NCBI GenBank assembly: GCA_030141605.1
Contig: JAQGDQ010000004.1
Coordinates: 1,550,001 to 1,614,000 of the forward strand
Length of the DNA stretch: 64,000 nucleotides
Direction of reading: 5' to 3'
Source: Tubiluchus corallicola
Taxonomy: Eukaryota > Animalia > Priapulida
Shown piece by piece: positions 62,615 to 64,000 of the stretch. Below the pieces are notes generated by a model, which had not been told where the DNA came from, did no database searches, and worked only from the letters and a program-made list of their open reading frames with translations. Each line of letters begins with the position of its first letter. Position 1 is the stretch's first letter. The position numbers and the translations under genes were made by a program.

Positions 62615-64000
62615 TTAAATACAAACAAATGCACAATTGTAAGAACATAGCAAAATTATCTCGCCGGCCGCCAGTCGCTTAGTTAGGTATCTAACGCATT
62701 TGGGTGCATCTTTAAGCAGCTTTTTTATAATTAAAAGTTTATTTTTGTTAAACAGTTTATATTTTGATCATGAAGTGTAACAAATCGTGTGTGTAACAAG
62801 TCACGCAGTCACGGAGGGTTTCGGGAGGTTAGCCCATTGGAAGTTCCAGTCAAAGAGCTTAAGGGCCGCAAAATATCCTATTTGTTTAGCCGTTTAGGTT
62901 TTAATTATCATCCTAAAAGTTGCAAGCTCGAATCTCAAAGTAGTCTATTCTGATCCTGATGTTGTCTTTGAACAACTTACTAAACGCTTGGTTTCCCTAA
63001 ACTTGAGCAGCTTTATTGGGGAAATCGTACCTGGGATATAAACTGAAAATCTTAATCATGATAAATTTGCAGTGAGCTGTATAACTGCAACTACTTTTTT
63101 TAACAGTTGATACTGGTCAATTTGGCTGTTGATACTCATAGATCAGTTTGGGTGTTGATACTCAGGGAAGAGCACAATTTGAAGGTTTTATTTTTTGAAC
63201 GATTAGATACGTGTTTGAAAACAACATCTTTATATTTCTGTCTATATATTTTTTATTAAGTTAATTTTGCATCCTAACGCCTATGCCTAATTATCCCAGA
63301 ATCAACCACAACTGGCTCTCTAAACTAATTGTAACGGTAGAATGATTTTACTGTGACTGACAAATCATCCCGCTTGGCTGTGTGACTGAGTGGCTATATG
63401 ACTGATTGACCAACTAACTGACTACTTAGTTTAGTTTAAACGTGGTTTACTTGATTTAGATTAGACAGTTTTTAAAACTGATACACGAATCATCACCGTG
63501 TAAGTGTATGAAGTACAGATAAATTAAAGTAATGTATAAATACAAACAAACACAAAGACATACTTACAAAGTTAGCGACACGGTGTATAAGATAAATAAT
63601 TGAAAAACTGTCACTATGTGTCCTAAAATTTACCGTAAATAGAGAAAAGGAATCCTAAAGTCTGATCACGTTAAAACGTTTATTTCTCCTAATGTAATTT
63701 TGAATGCAGTAAAGCATCACTGTAAGCATCACCAGTAAGATCATCGCTTCCACAAAGATACAATGACAGCAATTCGATATTATTATATTGTAAAATGTTG
63801 ATATTTAATGGCAAAAATATTTAATTGATTGAACATAGCAGCTCTGGCTTGTTAATAATGAGGGCATTCCAGGAAGAAACGTTCTGAGTTTTCAAGTAAT
63901 AACCACAAATAGAGTTTGGAAATACAAGTAGACCATTAGGGCCTTTCAAAAACAAATCACCCTTTAACTGACTAAAGCCAAATCGCATGCGTGCGTGACG

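Overview
AT-rich, microsatellite- and transposon-dense eukaryotic DNA with GT-AG introns, most likely an invertebrate animal. No rRNA, intact tRNA or CRISPR array was seen. (1) A complete 11-exon protein disulfide-isomerase gene (P4HB/PDIA1-like) lies on the minus strand at 11331-25819: 539 aa, signal peptide, two WCGHC sites, C-terminal KDEL. (2) An intronless LRRC69-like leucine-rich-repeat gene (13539-14714, +) is nested antisense inside PDI intron 8. (3) An unrecognised spliced minus-strand gene (27846-34531, about 525 aa) carries three copies of an AKAP-like amphipathic helix. Its first intron holds a dense RFX X-box cluster, a candidate alternative first exon and a DD41D Tc1/mariner remnant. 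(4) The 5' end of a plus-strand gene has candidate alternative first exons (MQ at 46313; MNCCSRR at 49001) that both splice in frame to an exon at 54043. The rest is intergenic or intronic: LINE remnants (an RT fragment, a C-terminal fragment, an RLE/HERO-like fragment), Helitron-like elements, a four-copy TTAA-AGG MITE family, several foldback elements and long simple repeats. Gene models were hand-spliced from the sequence, and family names come from recalled motifs, not database searches.
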